From the NCBI GenBank assembly GCA_013416795.1, contig RQSC01000002.1, forward strand, positions 472,145 through 536,144: a DNA stretch of 64,000 bases, given 5' to 3'. Origin of the DNA: Prasinococcaceae sp. CCMP 1430 (Eukaryota > Plantae > Prasinodermophyta). A program made the position numbers and the translations under genes. Shown here one piece after another: positions 22,672-34,756 of this stretch (position 1 is the first letter of the stretch; every line of letters begins with the position of its first letter). Below the pieces are notes generated by a model that was not told where the DNA came from, searched no databases, and worked only from the letters and a program-made list of their open reading frames with translations.

Positions 22672-24225
22672 TTAGTCGCTGGCGCCACCGTCGGCAGCGG
22701 CGCCGTCCTCTGGCGGCACGTTGGCAGTCGAGATGAGCAGAGACCGGCCCGCCCAGAGCAGGTCTGTGTTCTCCCACGTGAGCGTGTACACGCCAGCGGC
22801 GGGCGACAGAAAGTCGCCGCGGTGAGACGTCGCGGACACATCAGGCAGCATAGGCATAGGCGCCCCGCCCTCCGCGGCAAACTCTACACGGAAGGTCGTC
22901 TCGCGGTCCTTCTCCTCACGCCAGTCCCAACCCACCATCGTCCCCTCGCTCGACACGCGCAGCTGGACGATGTGCGTTGACTGCAGGACGCGGGCGCGCC
23001 GCGCGCGCGTGTCAGCACCGCAGCGGCGCGTTCACGAGGAGAATGCCCAGCGCCCCCCACGCGCAGCATCCCAACGCACCCTCTGGGCGATCTCCACCCG
23101 CTCGCGCTCGCCGCCTGCCGCCGCGCCGCCCCCTTCGTTTCCACCCATCGCCGCGCGCGCCTCTTCGGCCGTCACCAGGAACGGGCTCTTCTCGAAGACG
23201 TCGCGGAAGAACTGGAGCCACTTGCTCATCTCCTCGCGGTAAAGCGCCGCCGCGCTCTCGAGCAAGGCCGTATCCTCGTCCGAAGGCGCCGCGGACGCCG
23301 CCGCGCCCTCCAGCGCTTGCACAAACACGCGCAGGCGGTTGGCGAAGGTGGTCACGGCATACAACGCCGGCCCGTACAGCTTGCGCTGCACCGCCACAGG
23401 GCCGTCGTCGTCGTTGATGGTCGTCACGAAGTCGAGCAGCACCTGCGGCACGCCGGCAATGTACGACAGCAGCGTCTGCGTGGCGCGAGCGCGCCAGCAT
23501 CGGGCGCGGATGAAGCGCGAGCGCGGCGGTGGCGCACAGTCAGCGCCGAGCGGCTACCCGAGCTCGCACGCGCGTGGCCCGCGCGAGCGGGCCCCATAGC
23601 GAGGGCCATTAGCGCCGCTGATCAGCCCGCAGCGCCCGCGCACCTTGAAGGCCCCCGAGGACGATCCGAGCGACGCCAGCATTGCCCGCCTGTCCTGCTG
23701 CTGCCTCCACAACATGGCGTACTTGTCCGCCACGCTACCACCCGCCGCCATGAGCGCGTCCACCTCCGCCTGTTTCTTCACCTCGCTGCGCTTGCGCTGC
23801 GACATCAGCAGCGAGCCGCGGAAGTCCGAGGGGAGGAACTTGGTGATGAGATTGACCACCTTCTCCGAGTTGAGCTTCTGATTGGTCTCAATTGTGTCGT
23901 GCACCTCCCGGACGCGCGCCCGCGCCGCTGCTGCGCGCGCGGCGCACACGTCGCCGTGCGCGGTGCGCAGCGCGCACTCCTCGACCAGCGTGGTGAGTAT
24001 CTCCTCGCACTGCTCGCGCTGGCGCCAGAGGTTCTGGTCGATCGACGCCGGCGGCTCACTCAGCCGCGACAGCACCGAGCCGTCTCGCCCCGCGCACAGC
24101 CGCTCGGCGGCAGCCTCGAGCGCGGCGGTGGTGTCGGCGAGCCCGGGGTCGCTCTCGGGCGCGTCATACTTGGAGTAGAACGCCTCCATGAACTCGCGGG
24201 TGATGGGCACCATGCCGTCCGCCAT
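22672..24225 (-). CDS. Plant-type GOLD-domain protein (At5g01010-like), multi-exon
   Basis: GMVPITREFMEAFYSKY; IDQNLWRQREQCEEIL; LPSDFRGSLLMSQRKRSEVKKQAEVDALMAAGGSV; GVPQVLLDFVTTINDDDGP; GOLD C-terminus VGWDW...GVYTLTWENT. Confidence 0.8.
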
Positions 24226-24310
24226 GGCGGATGCCTCCGAGCCCCCTGCCCCCGCCGCTCCGCTTCCCCCCGCGCGGCGCGCGGGCACCGCGCGGTCGCG
24301 CCGCCGCCGC

Positions 24311-24922
24311 NNNNNNNNNNNNNNNNNNNNNNNNNNNNNNNNNNNNNNNNNNNNNNNNNNNNNNNNNNNNNNNNNNNNNNNNNNNNNNNNNNNNNNNNNN
24401 NNNNNNNNNNNNNNNNNNNNNNNNNNNNNNNNNNNNNNNNNNNNNNNNNNNNNNNNNNNNNNNNNNNNNNNNNNNNNNNNNNNNNNNNNNNNNNNNNNNN
24501 NNNNNNNNNNNNNNNNNNNNNNNNNNNNNNNNNNNNNNNNNNNNNNNNNNNNNNNNNNNNNNNNNNNNNNNNNNNNNNNNNNNNNNNNNNNNNNNNNNNN
24601 NNNNNNNNNNNNNNNNNNNNNNNNNNNNNNNNNNNNNNNNNNNNNNNNNNNNNNNNNNNNNNNNNNNNNNNNNNNNNNNNNNNNNNNNNNNNNNNNNNNN
24701 NNNNNNNNNNNNNNNNNNNNNNNNNNNNNNNNNNNNNNNNNNNNNNNNNNNNNNNNNNNNNNNNNNNNNNNNNNNNNNNNNNNNNNNNNNNNNNNNNNNN
24801 NNNNNNNNNNNNNNNNNNNNNNNNNNNNNNNNNNNNNNNNNNNNNNNNNNNNNNNNNNNNNNNNNNNNNNNNNNNNNNNNNNNNNNNNNNNNNNNNNNNN
24901 NNNNNNNNNNNNNNNNNNNNNN
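24311..24922. other. Assembly gap. Other N-runs: 16672-16681, 35548-35733, 36098-36489, 63133-63232; single Ns at 6204, 47243, 57369
   Basis: Runs of N in the sequence. Confidence 1.
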
Positions 24923-25372
24923 CTGTGCCGCGCCGCCCCGCGCCGGCGCGCTGCAGCGCACCGGCGGCTGCGGCAGCGCCGCCGCAGCGCCACATCAGCG
25001 CAAAGGAGCCAGGCGCAATGGTAATTTTATCATTCTTTACTACGTCATAACTACCCACGGGAATGCACGGGAATGCACCGCATCGGATGGCGTGGTGGCG
25101 CTGCCCGAACGTGTGCTCGCACATGTCAACACGCGCGCGCGGCTGCTGGCGGGCGAGACGTAACGCGGACGAGACACAACGCGGAGGCGACGGCGACCGT
25201 GCTGTTCAGGCGTTCCGCCAGGAGTGAGGCTGCGCAGGCTGCGCGCATGCAGACATGACGCCCGGCACACGCGTGTGCTCAACGCTCGTCTTCCGCGTGC
25301 GGGCTCGCGAGGGCGGCGCCTGGCAGGGGTTCCAGTGGGCCGGAGGTCGTTCGTGCCGCCGCGCACGACCAC

Positions 25373-28300
25373 GTGGACGCGGGCGCGGAAAGTCGGGCGC
25401 ATCCGCCCACACTCAGTCTCGAGTTGGATGTGGAGGCAAAGCCCAAGCGTGAGCCAGAACCCGAGCCTGCGCCCGCACCCGCGGCCGCGCCTGCTACTGC
25501 TGCGTCGGCGGAGATGATGAACAGCCTCCCGCAGGCGGACGCGCGCCGAGGCGCCACATGCGACGCTGATACCCGAGCTGCGAAGGATGTGCCCGAGACG
25601 TCGCCCGAGCCCAAGCCTGCCGTGGCTGCTGAGTCGCTGGAGCCCGAGCTGGTCCTAGCTGCGGTGCGCGTCGAGCACCTCAAGTCAACGGACGTAGTCA
25701 CGAAAGGCCCTAAGGCGGACGGGAAGGCGCTGCGCGGCCTGAAGCGCTTCTATATGAAGGAACGTTCCGGAGGGAGCGAGGAGCTCCTGCTCGAGGCACA
25801 GGACTCCGAAGCTGGCGATGGCCACTGGAACTACGTCGCCGTGGGCCGCTTCGAGTACCTGAACGCCAAGTCTGGTCCTGGTATCATGGAAGGTGAGCGT
25901 GCACGGTTGAAGCGCCACCCCACACACTCCCACCCCAAATGTGCTTACCTCGTGAATTCATACACGCACCTGTCCCCGCGCACACGGCCACGTGGTGCCC
26001 TGCGCGCATGGCGTGGCGATAAACAATGCGCTGACGCCGCGGTGGCGCCTGGCCGGCCATCGGCGCATGCAGTCAAAAACAACGCCGATCTGTTGGAGTG
26101 GTTCAAGACGACCTTCACACGGATCTCCGTACCGGATCTGCCGAAGGCGCTCAGAGCATTTGTGCGTGGCAAGCGAGACTTACCGTCGACGGATTCCAGC
26201 GTGGACGCGGTGCGCGCAAAGTGGGGTTTGCCGCGCGCCGCGCCGAAACCAAGGGCGGCCACGAAGCAGGCGAAGAAGGTGGCCGGCAGCAAGCCGCATT
26301 GGATGCACCCAGACTACCCACGCACGGGCAAGGCTTCGGAGCTCACAAAGGAGGAGCTTCTGCAAGGGTTGCCGGCCACGTTGAAGGAATCCCGATGGGA
26401 CGAAGGTCACATGCGCAAGGTGGTCAAAGGTGCGCTCGCGCGCGCTGCGTCGCGCCGAACGCACGTGGTGGTGCGTGGCAAGTACTCTCTCCCGCGCGCT
26501 TTGACGACTCCATGTCCTGACAGCGCGTGCGCGTTCCTTCTTCCCGCGTAGGCCACGCGCGCGTGAGCGTGTACTGGTCGGCCGAGGGAGCGTGGTTCGA
26601 TGGTTCGGTCTTGTCCATTGGAAAGGACGGGTACATGACCGTCTGGTTCGACGACGACGAGGGCTACGCATATGACCTCGATAAGTGGTCCAACTGTGGC
26701 GCTATCGAGTTCGCGTCAGCAGTGAAGGACAAAAGCGTCCCACCTAAAGCCCTACAATGCCGAGCAAGCGAGTATCCTGAGCTCCCGGACAGACAACTTT
26801 GGGTGCCAGGAGGGAAAAGAGCTCCACCGGCCGAGCAAGGCGATATCGACTCCCCTCCTTCGCGGCGCTCCTCGCGGCCTACTTCCCCTCCAACGGCCTA
26901 CTGGGACGCCGCCACGAACAAAGGCAAGGTCACGCTGAAGGGAAAGTTCGGATCGCCCAAAGTCAAAAAGCGTGGACCCAGCGAGTCGGACGACACGGAG
27001 TTGAGCGAGGGCTGGGGGGAGGAGTTTTTGACGCCGGAGAAACGATCGAAGCGCGCAGGCGACGACGTCGCTGCGAGCGTTGAGGCCGCTGCCAGTGTCA
27101 AGCGGCGGAAGAAGCAGATTCGCAGGGACGGCGTGCACAGCAGAAATGTGACCGTGACAGGGGCCCTGGCTGCCGTGGGCAAGAAACCGGCGGGCGCGGC
27201 AGGGGCTCAAAAGGAGATCAGGAAGGCGGTGGACCCCCGCTCGCGTGGTGTCGGACACAAGCAGCTCAATCGTGCCCTTAAGGGGAAAGGCCCTGCGATC
27301 GAGTCTCGTATGGATGCGGGCAAGCCCAAGCAACCGACGAGGCCAGTTGCAGTGCCGCCCGAGCCAGCATCATTGAGGAGAGGGGAGAAGACGGCAGCGG
27401 AGGATGCCCCGCGCGCCGCCCTGCCCAAGCCCAAGCCCAAGCTGAAAGTCCTGCATGCAGCGAAGAAGACTTCTGTGCTCGGATTCCTCAAGAAGGATGC
27501 CACCACAGTGAAGTCAGCAGCGCGTATGCCAGCTCCGACTCAGAATCCGCCGGGCCCGGCGGCTGCTGCTGGTGGTTGGGACGAGTGGGGCGACCCGGGC
27601 TCTGGCGCCGGGAAGGAGACAGCATCGAGGAGCGCCGCGGACGGCGCAGTCGACCCAGCTTCGCTGAAGACCTCCAAGGAGGCCTTGCACACGCTGCTCA
27701 CTCTCATGCAGCGCCCAACCGAACTGAATGACGACTCTCGCCTGCCAGCTCTGAGCCGCGTAGCGGCGCGTGCGTACGCCCTCGGCTCCGAGACTGTGGT
27801 GGAACACATTCTCAAGACCATGGAGGTCGGCGCGCACCCGCGCACCAGGGTGCAGAAAATCAAGCTGATCGACCACATTCTCTTCCGCGCGTTCGAGGCG
27901 CTGTCGGCGCCCGGGGCCGGGAACGTCGATCCTCCTGCTGCTGGGAATGCGAGTGAAGAGTGGGCGCTCGCCGCTGAACATGCGAAGGGGCTTTGCAAAC
28001 GGATTGGCAAGGCGGTGGGGCGAATTGCCATAGCGGGCTGCCCCGAGGAGAAAGGCGGTTCTTATGGCAAGGTCCGCTCGCACACGCAGAAGGTGCTGAC
28101 GAAGTGGATGAACGCGAAACCGCTGCTCGCTGCGATGTATCCCGACGCTGCGAGCGCGGACGAAACGGCAGGCAGCATCAAAGCGCTCGACGACGCCATT
28201 GTCCGGGTAGCCGCGATGGTCTCCAAGCTCGATGGCAAGCTGTGCACAGATATGCAGCGTGCGCAACGCGACCACCGGAAGAACGACGCGTCGGTGCTCG

Positions 28301-29658
28301 ACATCTTTTCCGACATTGACCAATTCGGCCGCAATGCCGCGCCGAGGCCCGACGCGGCCGGGGTGAACGGCGACGAGAAACTCATCCCCAACGATGATAT
28401 CGCGGAACTCGGCAGGGCGCTCTGGGATGGCGAAGTCCCTGACGACCTCGGCGATGCGTACCTCTTTGAGGACGACCTCGGCGGGTGCGGCGTCGACGAG
28501 GAGGAGGCGGAGCGGCTCAGGGCGGAGGAGATTCGCGCGCTGGCAGAGAGCGACGCGGCGCCCAAACTGCAGGGAGCCCAACCGGCGCTCGTTGGCCCTC
28601 CCTCTCCACTCTCTCCGCAGACCCAACCCACAGCTGTCCCGGGCATCGGGCCTTCAAACGCGCATCAGGCGAAGCCGGTGCAAACGTCAATCTTTCCGTC
28701 AGCCCCAGCGATGGCCCTGGCTCCACCCTCATCTGAGCAAGCGCCCGTTCCGCCTCCCGTACAGCAGCATCCACCTGCCTTTGTGGGGGCGCAGGCCGCC
28801 AAGGTAGCGCAGCCGAAGATGCAGATACAGCTGACCGTGCCAAAAGAGGCCGTGCACGCGGCGATAGCGCGAGAGGCCTCCAGGGGGGGCGATGCTGGCG
28901 CGCACTTGGAAGATGCCGGGCCTGCCGCCGCTGGCCGTGCGCTCGTGGACGCTCGGAGGGATAAGGAGGCGGCGCGCGAGTTTCGTCAGCACGAGCGCGA
29001 GGAGCTGCAGGTCGCGCGTCAAGGCGAGCGTGATCACCGCGGTCATGGCCGTGGCGAGGATCGTGACCCCCCTCGGCAGTCTGATGGCCACTGGCGGCAA
29101 CGCGAGCGCGAGGACGGTCGTGGTTATGGTCGCGAGGGCGGACGCGATCGCTACGGCGGCGGCGAGTGGGATCGCGAGCGCGAGCGCGAGCGCGAGTGGG
29201 ATCGCGAGCGCGAGCGCGAGCGCGAGCGCCGCGATGGTCGTGATCCTTACCGCAGGCACGACGAGCGCGAGCGCGTCGATGGCCGCGGCATTGTGCGTCA
29301 CGAGAACAGGGAGCGTGGCAACATGTTCGGCGGAGGGCGAGGCAGCGGGCGTCCAGGGGGCGACCGCGGCCCTGGTCATTTCCCGAATGCCGGCCACCCT
29401 GGGGAGCGCGGCGGTGGTCGCTACGACCGCTCGGCGCCTCGGCACGACGGGCCTCGCGCCAGCGACATGCGCGGTTGGGCCAGGCACGAGCACGAGCGCC
29501 GCCGTGATCAGGGCCCTGCGAGGTGGAGTCAAGGCGGCGACTTCGGCCGGCGCAGCAGCGACGGTGGCAGGCGCAGCAGCGGCGGCGGCAGCGGGCACGG
29601 CCCGGGAAGTCGCCCACCAGGCGCCTACGACCGCGGCGAATCCGCGCTCGGCCGCTAG
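25373..29658 (+). CDS. Large nuclear protein with Tudor/Agenet-like domain, CID (RPR)-like domain, Pro-rich region and RE/RG-rich tail; exons about ?-25892, 26073-26429, 26552-29658; 5' end uncertain
   Basis: Tudor-like RVSVYWSAEGAWFDGSVLSIGKDGYMTVWFDDDE; CID-like TVVEHILKTME...KIKLIDHILF...QKVLTKW; WDRERERERE repeats; splice sites keep the frame. Confidence 0.6.
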
Positions 29659-29764
29659 TCGGACTTCGAGCGCATATCACTCACACGCTCTGCCCTCCAC
29701 TATAAGTATACTTTACAGAGGCATTTCGATTGTCGGCACCTCTAAGCGTGCACCTTCCGTCGAA

Positions 29765-32170
29765 TCACGCCGTCCCATCGGCGATGATCTTGTAGATGGC
29801 GTGTGTTTTGTTGGCCTTGATGGCCGCGCGGCACGCGCTCACCACCTTCACCTTGTGCGCGCCGTTGCGCAGTTTGGCTGCTCGCTGGATCATCTGGTTG
29901 ACCTCCTTGAGCGAGGCAAGCAGCTCTGAATGGTTTGTAGCGCGCTTCGTGTGCTCGAGCACGAGATCTCTGTTCGCGTCGCGCATGGCGCCATACATCT
30001 TGCACATGTGCGGCATGTTGCCCATCAGGCGCGCATCTTCGGCCTTCACGACGAGTGCCTTCACAGTGTTGGTGATCTCCGCCATCTCTGCTGTCATTCG
30101 CACGCGAGTGTCGTTGTACTGCTCGACGCGTGCGAGCACCTCAGCGAATGTATCCATCTGCGTGGGAAAGTCCGCCTGCGACTCGAGGTCGGTGATGTCA
30201 AGCACCGCACAGATGTCTTGCACGATGTTGCCCGCCACATCCATATCCTCGCAACGCACCGTGACCTCCCCCACCGCAGCGTTCGCCCGGATGGCCAACG
30301 CGGAGCCGTCGCGCAAGCTCACGAAGACCTCGTTGACGTTGCCAGAATCGTCAACCACTCTTGCCGGCGCCAAAGCCCCCTCTTTCTCCGCGCCCGATGC
30401 CAAGGAAGTACCAATCCAATGCGCAAGCATCGGTATGGCGCTGGGCGACAGTGAGAACGTGACGCCGGCGTTAGGCACGGGCACCTGGCCCGGCGCTGCA
30501 CGCTTGTACATCGCGTACGCGCCCAGGGTCTCCTCAAGCTCGAACACGTGGTACCCCGCCGCGCCGGGCATGGACACAATGACTTTGCCGACGATGGCAA
30601 CGGGCTGGTCCACCTTGGGGCGCAGCTGAACTCGGAACTCGGAGGCCGGCTGGGAGGGCACAGCATAGAGGCTCTCGTCGGTGAAGATGCGCTCGCCAAA
30701 AATCAGTGCCCCAGTGATGACTGCAGGTGGCGTGCAGTTCAGCACGAGGTCGATGGCGCCTGCGCGAACGTTCTGCTCGAGGCGGTGATCAAGGCGCGTT
30801 GAGACGGGGATGACCGACGATGTGTTGGAGGAGGCACCCTTGCCTACACGCGCGTCCAGCGCCTGCAGCTGGAAGAGCAGCTCGGCGCGAGTCTGGGCCA
30901 GCGATTGGATCCGCTCCTCGTTGGCGTCAGCGTCCATCAACGAGCCGGCGCCATCGCCACCGATGTTGTTCAAGCCTGCATCGTCTGCCACACGCTCGGC
31001 GGGCAGGTAGCCCTTGACCTCACCGTTCACACTGCACACGATCAGCTCGTCCTTGCCGTCCATGCGATAGTCGGCCACATCTACCGCCGCCACCGCCGAC
31101 CCGAGGTTGTCCTTGTACACAATCTCGCCCGTGGACTCGAGGCGCACCTCAAGTTTGCCGTTGGACCATCCGGAGACAAGCTCAGGGACGCCATCGTCGT
31201 CGAGATCGTACGCGCCTAGCGCTTTCACCTGATATTTGGACTTCACGCGCCACGCGCGCGCCCCGCGACTGTAAACGCCAACCGTGCCGTTGCCTAGCGC
31301 GTAGCCGTAGGTCACGCCAGACAGATCGGTCAGACCAACGATCCGCTCAGCTTCCGTGGTCTCGGCGATGACCTCCTCGCCACGGAAAACGCGGATGTCA
31401 AAGTCGTCCGAGCCCACCACAAGCTCCTTCTTACCGTCACCGTCCACGTCCGCAAGGCACATTGCGCCCACGTTATCCCCCGTCACCGTCCACAACGCCT
31501 CCTCGCCCGCCGCGTCGAGACCGATCACCGAGCAGTTGCCACCCACGATGGCGAGCGGCGCGCCATCGCCGGCGCCATGCAGCGGCCCCACCGCCAGCCG
31601 AGACACGCCATCCTGCATCTCCTTGAACCAGCTGTCGGCATTGCGGTGCACGTCATAGGCCAGCAAGTTGGACGCGGTCCCGACAAGCAGTACGTCGCGC
31701 CCGCCGGCCGCGCTCGCCGCTTGCACGCCCGCCCCACCGCCACCCCCACCACCCCCGCCGCCGAGCGACCCCGCCGCTAGCGCTGTCACTGCCGCCGCCG
31801 CGTTCAAGTAGCTCACATCCGAGCCCGCCGCAGCAGCAGCAGCGTCGCCGTTCGCCACCTATGCTCCCCGCCGCGACGGACACGTCGGGGATCGGAGATG
31901 GCAATGCGGGCGCAGTGGTTAGCACACACTGCGCGCTCAGAGTCGTTCGCGGGCACGCACCCGGAGGCGCAGGGGCGCCGCCACGCGCGCGCGCGCACGC
32001 TGGCACGCGTCCGCTGCTAGCACGCTGCGCACCTGGCGCGCGCGATGTGGGTTGTGTACGAATATCTTGCCGCCGGTGGTCGCGGCCGTCAGGCAGGGGT
32101 GCTCGCCGTCATACTTGCCGACCGTCGCCAGCCCAGGCTGGATGGAGTCGCTCAGATGCAGCTGGAACGC
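29765..32170 (-). CDS. BBS2: Bardet-Biedl syndrome 2 protein (BBSome subunit); first exon not located
   Basis: AFQLHLSDSIQPGLATVGKYDGEHPCLTAATTGGKIFVHNPH; LLVGTASNLLAYDVHRNAD; IVGGNCSVIGLD...LWTVTGDNV; ELVVGSDDFDIRVF; C-terminal NHSELLASLKEVNQMIQRAAKLR...CRAAIK. Confidence 0.92.
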
Positions 32171-32617
32171 TGCGGTCGGGTGGGCGCGCAGGCAAACGCA
32201 GGTGAGCACGCGCGGAGGGGGGAAGCGGCGCGGCGCAGCCACGCAGGCGCATAGTCGGGCGCCACTGCGGTCAGCGCGCGCCCTCGAGCTCGGTCGCGCG
32301 GACGCGCTCACATGCATCCACGCGCTCCCTCGCGCTCTCTCTCTCCCTCTCTCTCTCTCCATTCACAAGCACGCGTTTGAACGGGGCGTGCCGCCGCACG
32401 CGCTCGAGCGCACGCCGCGCCCCGCCCCGAGCGCGCGCGCGCGCTGGGGGCGGAGCCGGGCGGGGCTGCTGCGGCCGGGCGGGGCCGAGCGGCCGCACCT
32501 TGCGCCCACGCACGGGCGGAGGCGTGGGCGGGCGAGAGGGAAAGAGGGCGCACGGGCTGCGGCCGTCGCGGCGAACGGCCGCAGCGAGAGTTGGGGGTGA
32601 GTGGGGGGAGCGCAGCC

Positions 32618-33360
32618 ATGTACTCCTTCCTCAATCGCCTCAACGCGCTCGCGACCTTCGGGGTGTTCGGTCTGCTTATCCTCACGACGCTTGCGAGCCT
32701 CAGCGACTACATGCATGAGCCCAAGGTCCGCGGCCCGGCCGCGCGCGCGATGCTGCCGCGCGCCACCAGCGGCCCCTGCGATCTGCGCGGTGCGAGACGC
32801 CCTTCTGACACGCCCCCTCCCCGCCCGTCCGCCCTGCGCTTGCGCTCCTCCGTCCGAGCGCTGCGCAGCCCCAGGTCACGCTCACGCTGCGAGGTGTCGA
32901 CAGATTGAGTCGGCTCGGCGCCGAGCGCGGCTCGGGGGGCAGCGGCGCCGACGAGGCACAGCTGAGCATGGCGCTGCAGGCGGACATGCGCTCGGTGTTC
33001 TCGTGGAACACCAAGCAGATTTTCATGTTCGTGCAGGCGGAGTACGCCACCGAGGACAACAGGCGCAATCAGGTGAGCGTATGGGACCGAATCATCGAGC
33101 ACAAGGAGGACGCCGTGCTCAACCTGCCGCACGTGCGCAACAAGTATCGCTTCATCGACGCCGACGCCGACCTGCGCGGGCGGCCCTTCAACCTGACGCT
33201 CACATGGAACGTCATGAACAAGGTGGGCGGCACGTACTTCGACTCGCACACCGTGCCCGATCTCGTGCTACCGACGGAGTACGATACCGCGCCGCCGCCG
33301 CGGAATAGCCCGGGGCGCGGCCGGCGCGGCGTGCGCGGCGGGAACGGGGCTCTGCGATAG
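32618..33360 (+). CDS. SPCS3: Signal peptidase complex subunit 3 (SPC22/23), one intron
   Basis: MYSFLNRLNALATFG; LQADMRSVFSWNTKQIFMFVQAEY...NQVSVWDRII; KYRFID; LTWNVM. Confidence 0.92.
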
Positions 33361-33531
33361 TAGCGGCGGAGGAGCCTTCGGCGCTCGCAAGCGGGCGCGC
33401 GCACGCTGGCTGGCGCGCGTGCTGGTACCCGCGCTCGGCTGCGTGGGTCCGACGCGCGCGTCGTGGCGTGCCCGGCGGGCTCGCTCTGCGAGATCGGTGC
33501 TAAGCTAGGACTTGTTCTTTATCTCGCGGCG

Positions 33532-34434
33532 TCACAGTCCCACCTTCTTCTGCAACTTGAGGAACTCCTCGAGGATGACCCAAGTGAGCGCGATGGTGGG
33601 CGCGATGCGTGAGACATACACGGGGTAGCCCGAGTAGAACTGCAGCGGCCCGCCGGTCTTGAGCGCGTGGCGCGCGCACTCGAGGCTCGAGCTGAACTTG
33701 GAGCTCGCCTGCATCTGCGTCTTGACGTAGTCGAACGGCAGGCTGAAAGTCGCGCCCACCACGCCACTCACGAGCGACGCCGACACCACGGCGGTGCGCG
33801 AGCCGCTCGTGCCCATCTGCGCGTCCACGATCTCCTTGACCTGGTCATAGCTCGCGAGGCTACCCGCGTTGAGCGCCATCGCGCGCGCGATGGTGGGCCC
33901 GACGCCCGTCCACAGGCTGAGGATGCCGTCGTTCCTCACCGCCGACGCCACCACGCCACCGAGCGACGCGCCGCCGCCGGCCGCCTGCAGGCGGATGAGC
34001 GCGACCTCCGCAGGGCAGCCCACCGTCGCGCCGAACGCACCCGCGACGAGACCGCAGCCGGCCTTGGTCGCGAGCGGCAGGGGAAGCGCCTTGCCCGTCT
34101 TTGGGTCGCGCTCGGCGACGCGGTCGGTGAGCGCGCGGTACGCGCCGAGGCGGCCCGTGGTGTACGTCGCCTGGCGCAGCAGGCCCGCGCTGAGGCCCGC
34201 CCACATGCCACCGACGCCGCGCGTGGCGATGATTTCCTTGACGATAGCGAACGGGGAGGTGCCGCCGGTGGCCCCCGACGCGGCCGCCAGCTGCAGCCGC
34301 GTCTTGACGACGTCGACGGGCTGCATGAAGCACATCGCCGTCATGCCGCTCGCGCCGCCGTTCACGAAAGGCTTGACCGCCGCCCACACCGACGCGAGCG
34401 CCGACGGCTGCGCGGCGCTGGCATCGGCCGCCAT
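33532..34434 (-). CDS. DTC: Mitochondrial dicarboxylate/tricarboxylate (2-oxoglutarate/malate) carrier
   Basis: KPFVNGGASGM; QPVDVVKTRLQL; GLSAGLLRQATYTTGRLG; GPTIARAMALN; SLPFDYVKTQMQ; three carrier repeats. Confidence 0.85.
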   Translation of the reverse strand: MAADASAAQPSALASVWAAVKPFVNGGASGMTAMCFMQPVDVVKTRLQLAAASGATGGTSPFAIVKEIIATRGVGGMWAGLSAGLLRQATYTTGRLGAYRALTDRVAERDPKTGKALPLPLATKAGCGLVAGAFGATVGCPAEVALIRLQAAGGGASLGGVVASAVRNDGILSLWTGVGPTIARAMALNAGSLASYDQVKEIVDAQMGTSGSRTAVVSASLVSGVVGATFSLPFDYVKTQMQASSKFSSSLECARHALKTGGPLQFYSGYPVYVSRIAPTIALTWVILEEFLKLQKKVGL

Positions 34435-34671
34435 CGCGGGCGCCGGCCGTCGCTCGGCGTCGCGGGAGTGGCTACGCCCGCCACTATCCCCTCCCTTCAC
34501 GCCCCCTCCTCCCCGTGTCCCCCCCCCTCCCCCCCTCGCTCCCACGCGCGCGCGCGCGGCACGCGCCGCAGCCCAGCCGCCACGGCCGATTCCCCCCCGG
34601 CTGCAGCGGATCGCGCCCGGCGCAGATAGATAATGTGGCGAATCGGGTTCGAAACGGTATCGATGCCGGAA

Positions 34672-34726
34672 GAGACCGAACCCTAACCATCATCGACGCA
34701 GGAGGAGACCGAACCCTAACCATCAT
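34672..34726 (+). repeat. Two direct copies of the 22-bp GAGACCGAACCCTAACCATCAT (34672-34693 and 34705-34726)
   Basis: Exact repeat containing telomere-like AACCCTAA, upstream of DTC. Confidence 0.85.
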
Positions 34727-34756
34727 GGTTTTTTACGGTGGTGTTCAGTGCACAGA

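Noticed and set aside
24311-24922. Long ORFs spanning N-runs (also 35548-36489)
   Set aside because: Artefacts of translating through assembly gaps.
28517-29929. Long antisense and alternate-frame ORFs over the RE-rich tail, e.g. 28892-29929 with ASASAS repeats
   Set aside because: Shadow frames of the GAGCGC repeat and of high GC content; the same applies to the many long antisense ORFs over the ligase, UTR transporter, NUP160 and helicase genes.
34635-34655. tRNA-like A/B-box motifs (TGGCGAATCGG GGTTCGAAAC)
   Set aside because: The boxes are adjacent with no spacer and no cloverleaf can be folded.
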